Below the pieces are notes generated by a model that saw nothing but the letters and a program-made list of their open reading frames with translations, had not been told where the DNA came from and ran no database searches. A DNA stretch of 64,000 bases, taken from IMG/VR virus record IMGVR_UViG_3300048581_000026. One strand, 5' to 3'. Positions 16,464 to 26,589 of this stretch are shown here, in pieces (the stretch's first letter is position 1; the number at the start of each line of letters is the position of its first letter). Made by a program: the position numbers and the translations under genes. Source of the DNA: an uncultured virus (IMG/VR IMGVR_UViG_3300048581_000026). Taxonomy: Duplodnaviria; Heunggongvirae; Uroviricota; Caudoviricetes.

Positions 16464-16676
16464 TTACCCTCTCTCTTGTCCCTTGTGCTTGTTGTAGTTT
16501 TCTCCTGCTTCTCGCAGAAGCCTGCCAGTAAAGTTCTGGCCCTTTTTGTAGAGCTCGTCTGAAATTGCAATGAGGAAATTTCCTCTGTGCTCCGCAGGTG
16601 TGCCAAGTATGAACAGCGCAACCTGAACTGGAGTCATCCAACCTTGCTGCCTTGGTTCATCTGGCATGGCTTTCAC
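16464..16676 (-). CDS. Hypothetical protein
   Basis: ORF tiling. Confidence 0.55.
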   Translation of the reverse strand: MKAMPDEPRQQGWMTPVQVALFILGTPAEHRGNFLIAISDELYKKGQNFTGRLLREAGENYNKHKGQERG

Positions 16677-16679
16677 CCA

Positions 16680-17150
16680 TCATTCACGTATGTGTTCAAT
16701 GGCTTTATTTGGATTCGATTTTCTCCAGTCAGGCCATTGCCTCTGTTTGTTTTTGCTGAGTTTTGCTTCAAGTGAACTTGCAATTTCCTCGGGAAAATGA
16801 TTTGTCCTCCAAGCACCATCGAGAGCAAGGATTATCACATCAACCCACTCCTCAAGATCATTTGGATTTGCTTCAACTTCTTTCAGTTCTTTCCTTAGGT
16901 GATCAAGAACCATAGGTGTTCTGGCACCAGGCCCAAAGGTTTCAAAAGAAAATGCACGCTGATCATAAATATATTTAACCAGGTCCATCCCAGTGCCACT
17001 GATACTTGGAAGTGTAACTTTCTTCTTCAGCTCTTTGTTTACTTCTTCGGCAATAGCTGATACAATTGCAACTAGTTGTTCTGTGTAAACTGATGAAGCT
17101 TCATTACAGATTGATGCTGCACATTCAAGAATTTTATATTTATCAAGCAT
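16680..17150 (-). CDS. DUF550-like dATP/dGTP pyrophosphohydrolase (MazG-like)
   Basis: SFETFGP...HLRKELKEV...DLEEWVDVIILALDGAWR...KL.KNKQRQWPDW. Confidence 0.85.
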   Translation of the reverse strand: MLDKYKILECAASICNEASSVYTEQLVAIVSAIAEEVNKELKKKVTLPSISGTGMDLVKYIYDQRAFSFETFGPGARTPMVLDHLRKELKEVEANPNDLEEWVDVIILALDGAWRTNHFPEEIASSLEAKLSKNKQRQWPDWRKSNPNKAIEHIRE

Positions 17151-17325
17151 CTTCTCCTCCATTGATTATTCTATTCACTGTCCCTTCTAGCACTTCATCT
17201 GGAACAATGGCCACAACAGCACCACAGCCAATAAGCAACTGCATCAGCTCCTCTGCTGGATTTTCACCAGAATGGCTGCTCCTTGTGTGAGCTGCATCAA
17301 TCATTGCTTGCTTGATGGTTTCCAC
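17143..17325 (-). CDS. Hypothetical protein
   Basis: GTG start with AGGAGG RBS. Confidence 0.6.
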   Translation of the reverse strand: METIKQAMIDAAHTRSSHSGENPAEELMQLLIGCGAVVAIVPDEVLEGTVNRIINGGEDA

Positions 17326-17334
17326 AGCATCCTC

Positions 17335-17589
17335 CTATGCATCGCCACAGATCATGCAGTTTATTACCATTCCATCCTGAACAATGAATCCTTTCACCTT
17401 GTGCTGTGGATCACAGGTATCACGCAATGTGTGCTTGTAAGCAACAGTGATGGTTGGATTCTTTTTGGGATCAACCTTGGCGATATCACAAATGTCTGTG
17501 TAAGATAGGTATTCTTCCTTGTCGCCAAGAATCATCTGATGCCTCACGCCGTTGATGTAGAATGCTGCTACTTTACAGCTCACAATCAC
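17335..17589 (-). CDS. Small beta-grasp, multi-ubiquitin-domain-like protein
   Basis: YING..H......LSY.DI..IA....P.ITVAY.......V.DGMVIN pattern; GGAGG RBS. Confidence 0.55.
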   Translation of the reverse strand: MIVSCKVAAFYINGVRHQMILGDKEEYLSYTDICDIAKVDPKKNPTITVAYKHTLRDTCDPQHKVKGFIVQDGMVINCMICGDA

Positions 17590-17789
17590 CTCCCAATTGG
17601 ATCCATCATCGTTTTAAATGCCTGCACAGAAGCAATGAGAAGTGGCGTCCCCCATGCAGCGTGTGCACAGTAAATTACGTCATCTTGGAATTCATTTGGG
17701 CCACAAGGGACAGACTTTACTTCAATTACTTTGAATCTATATCCATCTTTGCAGATGTATATAGAACCAGGCTTTGGATTGTCATTCAC
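17586..17789 (-). CDS. Hypothetical protein
   Basis: GGAGG RBS; overlapping stop/start. Confidence 0.65.
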   Translation of the reverse strand: MNDNPKPGSIYICKDGYRFKVIEVKSVPCGPNEFQDDVIYCAHAAWGTPLLIASVQAFKTMMDPIGR

Positions 17790-18160
17790 TGTGGTTTCCT
17801 CCTGGTTAAAAGGACCATGTTCTGCTCTGTGAAGTATGCACCACTGGGAGTGGTGTGAACATCAAATGTGGCAGGCACACCATCAATATCAAGAATGACC
17901 CGGAACAACCTTGGCAGACTGCCTGCAACATCAATGCCACACACAGTCCCCATCATCATCACCCTGTCGCCAGGCTTGAATGGCTCAATGACATCTGTGT
18001 GATGCTTGTGGATAGTGCATTCAATTGCTTTGACTCTGAATCTGATGGATTTATCATCAACGATATCAAACCATTGATGACCAGGATATAGTGTTGGTGT
18101 GATCAATGTAATCTGCCCCATCACACCACTCTCGTGTTTTACAAAATCACCAATGATCAT
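17786..18160 (-). CDS. Hypothetical protein
   Basis: GAGGAG RBS. Confidence 0.7.
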   Translation of the reverse strand: MIIGDFVKHESGVMGQITLITPTLYPGHQWFDIVDDKSIRFRVKAIECTIHKHHTDVIEPFKPGDRVMMMGTVCGIDVAGSLPRLFRVILDIDGVPATFDVHTTPSGAYFTEQNMVLLTRRKPQ

Positions 18161-18169
18161 TTCAGCTCC

Positions 18170-18598
18170 TCAGTAGGATGTGAATCCACTCAATGTTTCA
18201 TCCTTGAACTCTTTGTCTGGTGCAAATGCAGGATCATTGGCAGCCTTCAATGCTGCAGTCGCAATGATCAACTGTGCATTGAGTTTGCTGATCTGAACTT
18301 CTTTCCTGCGTATGAATGATGTGCGAGCCAGATCAAGTGTTGGATATGCAAGCCTCTTGCCTTCTCCATTGAGGATAAAGTGCTCCTTTTCCTTGGAACA
18401 TCGTCCACCCCAATTGCTCCACACGCGTGCAACCCAGACTCCACATCTGGTGTGTTTTACCACACGATATTCTTCCAGTTCAATGACCATATTGCTGTCT
18501 TCATACAAGCAGCGATCACACAGCCTGTAGTAACGTTCTACGATTGGGCCATTCAGCCTTCCGATCTCATATTTCTCCTGCTCGTTTATTTCAAACAT
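18170..18598 (-). CDS. Hypothetical protein
   Basis: AAGGAG RBS before ATG 18598. Confidence 0.7.
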   Translation of the reverse strand: MFEINEQEKYEIGRLNGPIVERYYRLCDRCLYEDSNMVIELEEYRVVKHTRCGVWVARVWSNWGGRCSKEKEHFILNGEGKRLAYPTLDLARTSFIRRKEVQISKLNAQLIIATAALKAANDPAFAPDKEFKDETLSGFTSY

Positions 18599-18599
18599 G

Positions 18600-18839
18600 T
18601 CACAGCTCCTTTTTGTCTTCTTCATATGCTGAGACAATTACCTTTTCTGTCTCAGTCAAATAAGCATCGTGACCGTGCTTCTCATACAGACCGAGAAGCC
18701 AGTAAATCACAACAGCTTGCTTGTCTTCTGCTTTTGGTTTGATTTCAAAGCCACACTTGCGCAGTGCCTGCGCTATAGAGCCACACCAGAAGCATGGCCG
18801 GCCAAGTATCCATCGGACATCTTCATTGAGTTCCATCAT
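18600..18839 (-). CDS. Phage hypothetical protein
   Basis: GAGGAG RBS; LGRPCFWC...KAEDKQA motif. Confidence 0.7.
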   Translation of the reverse strand: MMELNEDVRWILGRPCFWCGSIAQALRKCGFEIKPKAEDKQAVVIYWLLGLYEKHGHDAYLTETEKVIVSAYEEDKKEL

Positions 18840-19143
18840 ACCACAGGCTCCTCATTGGCGAAGATTCCAATCTGTTTGCACATTCATGAACTGCAGAATT
18901 CAGACTAACATTGCGAAAATGGAATGAGTGACGTCCAATTGTAACGTCATAAATACCATCTTCCTTGCTGATCCTTAGTTCGCCAACTCTTGACAGAAAT
19001 TCAATGTCCCTATGGAACAAGTCTGAACTAGTTACACCTTCCAGACACATTTCACCACTCCTTCGATAAAATGCAGTGGCTTTGGCATCCAGCCTCGCAA
19101 TTGGATGGTCCTCCAAACTTAGCCCTTGGCAGGGAACCACCAC
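18823..19143 (-). CDS. Hypothetical protein
   Basis: ORF tiling after the primase. Confidence 0.55.
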   Translation of the reverse strand: MVVPCQGLSLEDHPIARLDAKATAFYRRSGEMCLEGVTSSDLFHRDIEFLSRVGELRISKEDGIYDVTIGRHSFHFRNVSLNSAVHECANRLESSPMRSLWYDGTQ

Positions 19144-20682
19144 TCACAGCTCCGTTTCAAGCTGAGATGGAAGTGCTATCTCTGACCCATCATACCTACT
19201 AGGTTCAGGTAGAGACCACACTCGTATGCCTTTGCCTTTGATCTTGATGATTGATGTTTGCGCATCAGTCTGACGCAGCCAGGTCCATATTTCATGTGGT
19301 GTGTTGGTAAACCTATGCACATTGAGGTAATTGAACAGATCCTCGCTGCGGAAGTAGATGCGACCACCCTCTGTGAAGCTGTTGCCTTTTATCAGCTCGT
19401 CCTTGTTCCTTGCTGGACGTGATGATGTGAAGAAGTTATCAAGCAGATTCTCGAACTGCCCATGACGGCTGGCATCTTCAGGGTCCTGAACCTCAGAACA
19501 GGTCTCCATCATCTCCTTGAGCTTTACGTGCCAGTCTGACTTCTTACCAGGAATTATGACTCGTGCAAACCGCTCTATAAATATTTTTTGAAGTTCCTGG
19601 GGACTGAGCAGCTGATCTGTTGTGAGTTCGACTCGCATACCTTGATGCTCGGCATACCACCTGACTGAGTCCTTGGATACACACCTTGTGAGATTGTCCA
19701 GAGGAAATGTGGAAGTATCATCGCCGAAGGTGACTCCAAATTCCCTCCTGACACATGCTCGCTTATCACAATGGAGACACAACGGTGGCTGTTTGCATGT
19801 ATAGAAGTAATCCTTTCGGCTGACATTCTTTCCAATCTGTGAGAGTTCTGATTGACTCAGGGAAGGCTTGCAGTGATCATAGTTGAACTTATTAAGAAGA
19901 TCCTGCCAGTCCTCTGGGAATTTCTTCTTGTAGTAGATTGCTACATTAGTCAGGGCTGTGTTCCGGCCTCCTTCCTCAAGTCCAAATGTGGCAAGATGCT
20001 GAAGGCATGGTGGTCCATCACTGAAGTCTGTGCTGAGCTTTACCACCACATCCTGCAATTCCCTCTGGGACACACGCATTGTTTCAGCGTATGTGCAGAA
20101 GTCTTCAAGGTTGGTGATGTGCTTGCCCAGCCGGATGGCATGGCGTGTGGTTCCACCTTCACTCAATGACCCATAATACGGAATATTGATCCAGTTACCA
20201 AGGTCAGCATCATTGACGCGCATGACCTGTTTTGGGAACACCTCTGTGCCAGCGTAGCCAAGCAGGGCTGCGAACTCTGTGAGCTTGGTCTGGAGTATCT
20301 TTGCTGATATTGGGTGTGAACCAAACAGGTAAAGATGTGCTCCGCCTGACTTCGAACGACAAACAACAAGTGGCAGTTCGAACTTGCGCACCCTGGACTC
20401 AAGCTCCTCCACAGTCTCGTGGAGTTTTGCCTCACCCTTGATGTCAATATCGATCGCACCAAAATGGCAGCTGTTGTCAGAAATCAGGGGTATAAGGCCA
20501 AGGCTTGTGCCTTCACCATATAGGTGGACCTTGTATTCCTGCTGACCAGCACCCCTTCCAATGGTCTTTGCGTTACCTTTTATCTTTCCATTTTCATCTG
20601 GCTTAGAGAACAGCTCGTGCTGACCATGTGCGTGCTCATAGCCTACAAATATCTGTGCAAATGCTGTGATTAAGTCTTTCAT
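19144..20682 (-). CDS. AEP-type DNA primase with PriCT-like domain
   Basis: GAIDID, CRSKSGGAHLY, PPCL...EGGRN, C..PP...HC motifs. Confidence 0.9.
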   Translation of the reverse strand: MKDLITAFAQIFVGYEHAHGQHELFSKPDENGKIKGNAKTIGRGAGQQEYKVHLYGEGTSLGLIPLISDNSCHFGAIDIDIKGEAKLHETVEELESRVRKFELPLVVCRSKSGGAHLYLFGSHPISAKILQTKLTEFAALLGYAGTEVFPKQVMRVNDADLGNWINIPYYGSLSEGGTTRHAIRLGKHITNLEDFCTYAETMRVSQRELQDVVVKLSTDFSDGPPCLQHLATFGLEEGGRNTALTNVAIYYKKKFPEDWQDLLNKFNYDHCKPSLSQSELSQIGKNVSRKDYFYTCKQPPLCLHCDKRACVRREFGVTFGDDTSTFPLDNLTRCVSKDSVRWYAEHQGMRVELTTDQLLSPQELQKIFIERFARVIIPGKKSDWHVKLKEMMETCSEVQDPEDASRHGQFENLLDNFFTSSRPARNKDELIKGNSFTEGGRIYFRSEDLFNYLNVHRFTNTPHEIWTWLRQTDAQTSIIKIKGKGIRVWSLPEPSRYDGSEIALPSQLETEL

Positions 20683-20693
20683 GATTCACCTGC

Positions 20694-20722
20694 AAAAACC
20701 CAGGGCCACAACAGCCCTGGGT
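20694..20722 (-). terminator. Intrinsic terminator between the SSB-like gene and the primase
   Basis: 9-bp stem ACCCAGGGC/GCCCTGGGT, 7-nt loop, U-tract on the minus strand. Confidence 0.75.
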
Positions 20723-20738
20723 GAATCATGAAGCTTTA

Positions 20739-21656
20739 TCAGATGGTGTCACCCTGGATATCACCTTCCATTGATGGGGAAACAGCATTCGGATCCGCGA
20801 CCTTGACCTCCCCAGCAGCTACGGATTTGCGGAAGTTCCTGGAGCCAAGATACAGGTCCAGGCCTTCTGCCAGCTTCAGAGTGTCCTCGCCCATGACGAC
20901 CTTCCAGCCGAACCATGAACCCTGGTCATTGCTCTGCGGCACCGTGGTGAGCACATAGCTCTTGTAGAACATGGCAGGGTTGAAAGTTCCCTTGCCATCC
21001 GGCTTGGGGATGATGAGGTTGCTGATCAGTGCATTCCACAGTTTGGCGCACTTGAACTGGGTCTTGGCCATGCTGATGACGACCTGGCGCGGCAGCTTGG
21101 TTTCCGGATCAATCATGATGCAGAAATACTCAGCAGTCAGAACCAGCTCATTGCCATCCTTGGTGATGAGCTCGCCCTTGTCACCCCTGGTGATGTCCTT
21201 GAGGTCAGGGTCGGAGCCTGCATCCCCAATGAAGCCACCACCCAGCTTCCGTGGCTTCCATTCCAGGTAGGTGCTGCGATAGGTGACAGGGATGACGACC
21301 AGCCCAACCTCACCAGCCCACCGTTTGTTCTGGATGTTGTCGTAGATCTCACCAACCTCAGCACCCTTGATGTAAGCCGGATCCCCCTTGGTGCAGACCG
21401 GGCTCAGGGCCTGGAGGATGGACAGGCGCGGAATTGCGATGTCACGTGCCGACATCTGCTCGCGACCAGCACCTTCATCTTCCAGCAGCATGGAGTTGAC
21501 GTCCACCGTGGAAAGCTGGCCTCCAGCTTCGGGGGTGGCCAAGCCATGGTTGGAAGCTTGGCCAGCGTCAGGGCTAGCGTGGCCAGGGTTGGTCGGAAGA
21601 GGGTCGGGCTGGGCGGTCGGGTTGCCCTGGGTCTCGTGATTTTCCTTGTGTGCCAT
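20739..21656 (-). CDS. Probable ssDNA-binding or recombination accessory protein
   Basis: DIAIPRLSILQALSP motif; acidic tail; next to the primase. Confidence 0.65.
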   Translation of the reverse strand: MAHKENHETQGNPTAQPDPLPTNPGHASPDAGQASNHGLATPEAGGQLSTVDVNSMLLEDEGAGREQMSARDIAIPRLSILQALSPVCTKGDPAYIKGAEVGEIYDNIQNKRWAGEVGLVVIPVTYRSTYLEWKPRKLGGGFIGDAGSDPDLKDITRGDKGELITKDGNELVLTAEYFCIMIDPETKLPRQVVISMAKTQFKCAKLWNALISNLIIPKPDGKGTFNPAMFYKSYVLTTVPQSNDQGSWFGWKVVMGEDTLKLAEGLDLYLGSRNFRKSVAAGEVKVADPNAVSPSMEGDIQGDTI

Positions 21657-21751
21657 TTCTGTGCCTTTCAGGCTGGGTGGTGGTGGTTAGTGAAGGTGCT
21701 GATCTCGGTTTGGGACACCGTGCTGTTCCATACATGCAATACCAGTTGCAA

Positions 21752-21994
21752 CTACTTTCTGAGTTCATTCAATGCCATGTAATAACTAGTATCAATCTCT
21801 GCATTTTCCACTGCCCTTCTCTCGAAGTAGACAGCTGGCAGAACATTGTTCAGATGCTGAGCTTGTCTGGCCCTTCGCTCCTTCTCCTGTGTGTAGTTGT
21901 TGGGCCCACGTGGAGGCTTGGGTGGAGCCTTCTTCAGATTGAGCTGAAGTGCAGGCTCGGATTGTTCTGGCGATGTGTCGTGAACTGTGAACAT
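21752..21994 (-). CDS. Hypothetical protein
   Basis: AGGAG RBS. Confidence 0.55.
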   Translation of the reverse strand: MFTVHDTSPEQSEPALQLNLKKAPPKPPRGPNNYTQEKERRARQAQHLNNVLPAVYFERRAVENAEIDTSYYMALNELRK

Positions 21995-22218
21995 CACTGC
22001 TCCTGTGTGGTGCTGATGTGAACGACCTGCTGTTCCGGAGGCTCGCTGAACCATCCACCAGAATGCAGGCTCAGGGTGAGAAGGGACTGGACCATCTGCT
22101 CAGTGGTCAGACCAGAAGCTGCAGCCAGCGGCTGAATCTTCGCAATGACGTTGATGGGTAGCCGGACGTTGAACTCCAGAAAGCCTTGCTGAAAGTTCTC
22201 AATTGGCTGCTGCTTCAT
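21994..22218 (-). CDS. Hypothetical protein (ribbon-helix-helix-like)
   Basis: FNVRLP..V.AKI..LA..SG.T pattern. Confidence 0.6.
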   Translation of the reverse strand: MKQQPIENFQQGFLEFNVRLPINVIAKIQPLAAASGLTTEQMVQSLLTLSLHSGGWFSEPPEQQVVHISTTQEQ

Positions 22219-22837
22219 TTCTTGGGCTCCTTGATGCTGGCCTTCTTCCCAACAAACAGGCCAAATGCATCCACAGGAATGTTGCGACCATTCTCCACTT
22301 CACCCTTCAGGAAGCTGTTCAGGGTCATGAAGTTCACTTCCTCCTGGCGCTTCACGTGGAAGCCTTGAGCCTGAAGTGTGGCGAACACCTTCTTGGCTGT
22401 CTCCATCTCACCCCTGCCGAACTCAGTGATGACCTGGTTCTTGATGATGCTTTCGGCATTGATGGAGCGAAGCCAAGTCAGACATTCCTCGCGACGAGCC
22501 TGCAGGACAGGCTTATCCATGTCCTCGGCATCCTCGATCTGCTTGGTGGTAGGAATGGTTCCCCGGATGAAGTCCTTGACCTCGGCCACAGCACCAGAAG
22601 AAAGGGTGAACTTCTTCACTCCGACAGCCATCATGAGGTTGGGCAGCAGCTCCAGCTCAATCTGAGCATAGCGCAGCTCAAAGTCCTTGGTCTTGCACTT
22701 CAGCTCGTAAAGTGCAGCCTCAATGTCCCGCATCTCCTGGGCATAGATCCCAATCTGACGCAGATCTGGCGCAGACGTTGTCTGAGCTTCAGCGTCCGCT
22801 AGGATGTCAACTTCCGGCTGTTTATTGATGTCAGTCA

Positions 22838-22838
<1 letters not shown>
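22215..22838 (-). CDS. Replication-module protein (coiled-coil N-terminus)
   Basis: LLPNLM..VGV..FTL..G...WLR......IIKN...TLNSF pattern; AAGGGG RBS. Confidence 0.8.
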
Positions 22839-23320
<482 letters not shown>

Positions 23321-23331
23321 TCTTTACCCCT

Positions 23332-24078
23332 TTATAGAAATCCATCTGGGATTATGATGGAACCATCATGCCTACGTCGCACAGGACGCAGAACTAATCC
23401 TTGTGGTTGATTGAACTGACTGTCATGATCCTTTGTGCGCTGCTCCGTGAACTCTTGTGGTGTCAGGTGGAGCATGTGGTTTGGGTTGACGCAGCCTTTG
23501 TGAAGGCACTCGTGGTAGAGTTTATGACCTGGATCTACACCATTCATCTTGTAAAAGTAGACAATTTCGTCTATTGGAGTATATTGACCATCTCGGACTC
23601 CATGGCTACTTATGAATGGTATGCGGGTCATTGGTGCATCAATGCTACGTCCATTGTAACTCCAGCAGCCTGTTTGCTCCTTTGCTACCAGCTTCCAGAA
23701 CTCAGAAAGGAAATATGGATACAGCTCTGCTTCTGGATCAAGGACAATCTGAATGGACTTTGACTCCTGCTGTGCTTCCTTTTTTATTGTTGTGGACGCA
23801 ATTAGAGCAGTCATCTCTGCCCTTGTAAGATAGAGCATGTGGTTTGGATTAACACAACCTTGGTGGTGGCATGATGGATACAACTGCATCTGTGGAGCAA
23901 TACCACCCATCAAGACTGCGTAGATGACACGCTTTGCTGGTGTTTGCACCCCATGATACTTTATTCCAGGACTCGGCTGATCCCTGTGCCGACCATTGTA
24001 AGTCCAGCATCCGTCTGGATCCTTAGTGACCAAGGACATGAGGTAAGCCGGATCATCTGCGTAGGGTTTGTTGGTCAT
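23332..24078 (-). CDS. Tandem His-Cys-box/HNH homing-endonuclease-like protein (two domains)
   Basis: Two copies of GCW.YNG...C.H.GCVNPNHM. Confidence 0.8.
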   Translation of the reverse strand: MTNKPYADDPAYLMSLVTKDPDGCWTYNGRHRDQPSPGIKYHGVQTPAKRVIYAVLMGGIAPQMQLYPSCHHQGCVNPNHMLYLTRAEMTALIASTTIKKEAQQESKSIQIVLDPEAELYPYFLSEFWKLVAKEQTGCWSYNGRSIDAPMTRIPFISSHGVRDGQYTPIDEIVYFYKMNGVDPGHKLYHECLHKGCVNPNHMLHLTPQEFTEQRTKDHDSQFNQPQGLVLRPVRRRHDGSIIIPDGFL

Positions 24079-24539
24079 TTGAAATTGGTGGAGATAATGC
24101 TGAGTGATGTGATGTGGATGCAGTTAATTTTCCAGGCTTTGTTACGGCAGCTCTCGCTTTCGCTGATGAGTTTCCTGAGTTCAGGAAGACTTACTGGGCC
24201 AATCTCAGTCTCTTCAAGAATGCCATCAGTCCAGCCAATCACTTCATTGTTTGACTCAGAAATTAAGATGGCACTGTAGTGATACTGTCTCATCGCAGCT
24301 TCACAAGATGCAGCAAGATGCAGCCCGGGCACAAATTCTTGATGATTGAATAGTGCTAGACCGTCTGGAGTTGGATGCCACACTCTGTGAGTATCGCAGC
24401 TCTGCCCACCATATTTCTGGTGGGTGCAATAAGCAACAAACCTCCACTGCCAATCAATGTGGTAGTGATCAAAAAGCCAGTCCAATACTGCCTTGTCTTC
24501 TTCGGAAGCGTATAGTGCTATTTCTTTTCTGACATCCAT
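24075..24539 (-). CDS. Hypothetical protein
   Basis: AAGGAG RBS. Confidence 0.65.
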   Translation of the reverse strand: MDVRKEIALYASEEDKAVLDWLFDHYHIDWQWRFVAYCTHQKYGGQSCDTHRVWHPTPDGLALFNHQEFVPGLHLAASCEAAMRQYHYSAILISESNNEVIGWTDGILEETEIGPVSLPELRKLISESESCRNKAWKINCIHITSLSIISTNFK

Positions 24540-24550
24540 GCTCTGCTCCT

Positions 24551-24772
24551 TTATTTGATTAGTGCACCAAGAAGCCATGCAGCTCTCAGGAAACCATCCT
24601 GATTGCCAGCGAAGCTTTTGCCGTAGTTAATACTGGTTACGCGCAGGTCAGGATCAGTGTCGCTAGGTATGGCAAATGAGCACAGCATTGGTATCTTATG
24701 CTCACTGCAAATGTCACATACCATGTCCATGAGTGGACGGAGTTTCTGATCGTAGATTTGTTCCTGGCTCAT
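24551..24772 (-). CDS. Phage hypothetical protein
   Basis: AAGGAG RBS; EQIYD..L.PLM..V..IC.EH.IPM pattern. Confidence 0.75.
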   Translation of the reverse strand: MSQEQIYDQKLRPLMDMVCDICSEHKIPMLCSFAIPSDTDPDLRVTSINYGKSFAGNQDGFLRAAWLLGALIK

Positions 24773-24784
24773 TGCTGTGCTCCT

Positions 24785-25009
24785 TTAAAACCCCATATTC
24801 TTCATAACTGTCACAACCACAATCATGCCAAAACAGCCACACACTCCTCCTACTGCAATATGAAGACCACACTTGACATATGCATCCTCAGCTTTGGCAG
24901 AAAGCAGCAACCACAGGCCATAAAGAACATTGGCCGCGCACACAGCAACCCAGACGATGAAGAATATAAAAATGATCCATTCCATTGATGTTTGAAATGT
25001 TTCGGACAT
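24785..25009 (-). CDS. Small 2-TM membrane protein
   Basis: Two hydrophobic segments; AGGAG RBS. Confidence 0.6.
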   Translation of the reverse strand: MSETFQTSMEWIIFIFFIVWVAVCAANVLYGLWLLLSAKAEDAYVKCGLHIAVGGVCGCFGMIVVVTVMKNMGF

Positions 25010-25017
25010 TCCTGCTC

Positions 25018-25251
25018 CTAGTGAAAAGGAAATGGTATATTGAGTAAATCTGCACCAAGACAGAAAAGTCCTACACCCACAAGCAAACCTAAAATTGTAG
25101 AGACAAGTGCAAATGTTATATGACATACAGATGTTTCTAGGTCCTCGTATTGGAATGCTGATTTAAACATGTGTAATATTACATTGCACAGACCAAGCAA
25201 AAAAATAATGATCCCAGCAGCAAGAATGACTATACCAATAAAGAATAGCAC
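25018..25251 (-). CDS. Small 2-TM membrane protein
   Basis: Two hydrophobic segments; GAGGTG RBS. Confidence 0.6.
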   Translation of the reverse strand: MLFFIGIVILAAGIIIFLLGLCNVILHMFKSAFQYEDLETSVCHITFALVSTILGLLVGVGLFCLGADLLNIPFPFH

Positions 25252-25259
25252 ATCTCACC

Positions 25260-25628
25260 TCACAGAATCGGAAGGTTAAGAGTGATTGGGGAATAGAATC
25301 CATCTGTGCGACTGCGCTTGCCGTCAATTAGATTGCGTTCCCAGTAGAGGAAGGTGATCTTATTGATCGCAAGACGCGCTAGGACGGCGACAATGATGAA
25401 AATGGACATCGGGTCGCCGGAGTTTGGGTAGAGGATGAAGTCATCGTCTGGATTGTATTTGGAGAGTGTGGCGATGGCCTGCTCTGTGGCTGATTTTGGG
25501 TTGGCCCAAGGGGTATCGTCTCCTGCAAAAACATAGACGAACTTGCCATACTTCGCTGCAGGGCTGAGGTTTGGAGTCCAACCATTGCTGTTGGGGCGAG
25601 GCTGCTGAGTGATGAATACGGTGCCCAT
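25260..25628 (-). CDS. Phage hypothetical protein
   Basis: AAGGA RBS; VFITQ...NLSPAAKYG...DDFIL...GDP. Confidence 0.75.
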   Translation of the reverse strand: MGTVFITQQPRPNSNGWTPNLSPAAKYGKFVYVFAGDDTPWANPKSATEQAIATLSKYNPDDDFILYPNSGDPMSIFIIVAVLARLAINKITFLYWERNLIDGKRSRTDGFYSPITLNLPIL

Positions 25629-25662
25629 ATTGTTTCCTTCGTCTGCACCTGGACAGGCGCGG

Positions 25663-26082
25663 TTATTGGCGGCTGGGAGCGCCGTGCTGCTCTATGCAGG
25701 CGACGGCAACGGCGGCGATCTGCCGGACTTCCGCCAGCGCCCCCTTGTCTCCGGTCTTGCCCACCCATGCCAGGCGGGCATCCTGGACCAGCTTTTCGAG
25801 GATGAGGATCCAAGAACCTACCTCATGCGGGTGATCCTCGATCTCGCCCCATTTGGCGTCCTGGTGGTCGCGCTCCCCGTCGATGAGGGTGTAGACATCG
25901 TCGCGGCCCATCTCGCGGCTGGAGGGCAGGATCCGCTCCAGGACCTCCTTGGCTTCCTCGATGGTGAGGAGGTTGGTCCCGCTGCGTCCCGGACCCTGCT
26001 TGGTGGCGCAGAGGTCTGCGCACACGCTGTCGGGCAGAGGGCAGGAGAGGAATCGATCAACGAGGATGTCGATCTCGAACAT
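25663..26082 (-). CDS. Protein with C-terminal MazG-like nucleotide pyrophosphohydrolase domain
   Basis: ERDHQDAKWG...H....W..IL...EVRQIAAVAVACIE; AAAGGAG RBS. Confidence 0.7.
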   Translation of the reverse strand: MFEIDILVDRFLSCPLPDSVCADLCATKQGPGRSGTNLLTIEEAKEVLERILPSSREMGRDDVYTLIDGERDHQDAKWGEIEDHPHEVGSWILILEKLVQDARLAWVGKTGDKGALAEVRQIAAVAVACIEQHGAPSRQ

Positions 26083-26093
26083 ACTGTGCTCCT

Positions 26094-26324
26094 TTATGCA
26101 ATGCCGAAGAATTTTGGTGCTAAGTCTTCCTGGTCTCCATAATAATAGCATGCAACGAAACTGGTGCGTGGAGCAAATGCTGAGCAGGATGGACGCCAGT
26201 CGTTTACTTCTGTTTCTTCTGCCGTCTGGTATGAGCCCAGCTCTGAATTATAGATGCCTACTGGTAGATCGCCGAACTTGGCTGTTGCACTGGTTAGCAG
26301 GGCTATTAATTCTGATGCTAACAT
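26094..26324 (-). CDS. Hypothetical protein
   Basis: Start lies in the duplicated leader AAAAAGGATCAAATCATG. Confidence 0.65.
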   Translation of the reverse strand: MLASELIALLTSATAKFGDLPVGIYNSELGSYQTAEETEVNDWRPSCSAFAPRTSFVACYYYGDQEDLAPKFFGIA

Positions 26325-26467
26325 GATTTGATCCTTTTTGCTGTTTCTTCGCCTAGAGCTGCTTTGATTAGTCTTGCTCCTTCTGAGCACAGGTCCCACG
26401 GATTCTGCTCACATTGTGAACATTTATCCAGGTGAGCATGGAATGCATCAAGTTCTTCTTTATTCAT
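26318..26467 (-). CDS. Small Cys/His protein (HLDKCSQC...LC)
   Basis: Same 18-nt leader as the next gene. Confidence 0.6.
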   Translation of the reverse strand: MNKEELDAFHAHLDKCSQCEQNPWDLCSEGARLIKAALGEETAKRIKSC

Positions 26468-26589
26468 GATTTGATCCTTTTTAAATGGCAGGGTTACGCT
26501 CAAGCTTGGGTCTTGGTGCTCAAAAGCTTGGCCCTGCACAAGAAACCTAAGTATCGGCTGATTTTTAAAAAAGTAAAGTGGGTAATTCA

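Noticed and set aside
16680..17150. 2-aminoadenine (Z-genome) system suggested by the DUF550 gene
   Set aside because: No PurZ or adenylosuccinate synthetase homolog and no DatZ-like HD phosphatase was seen in the window
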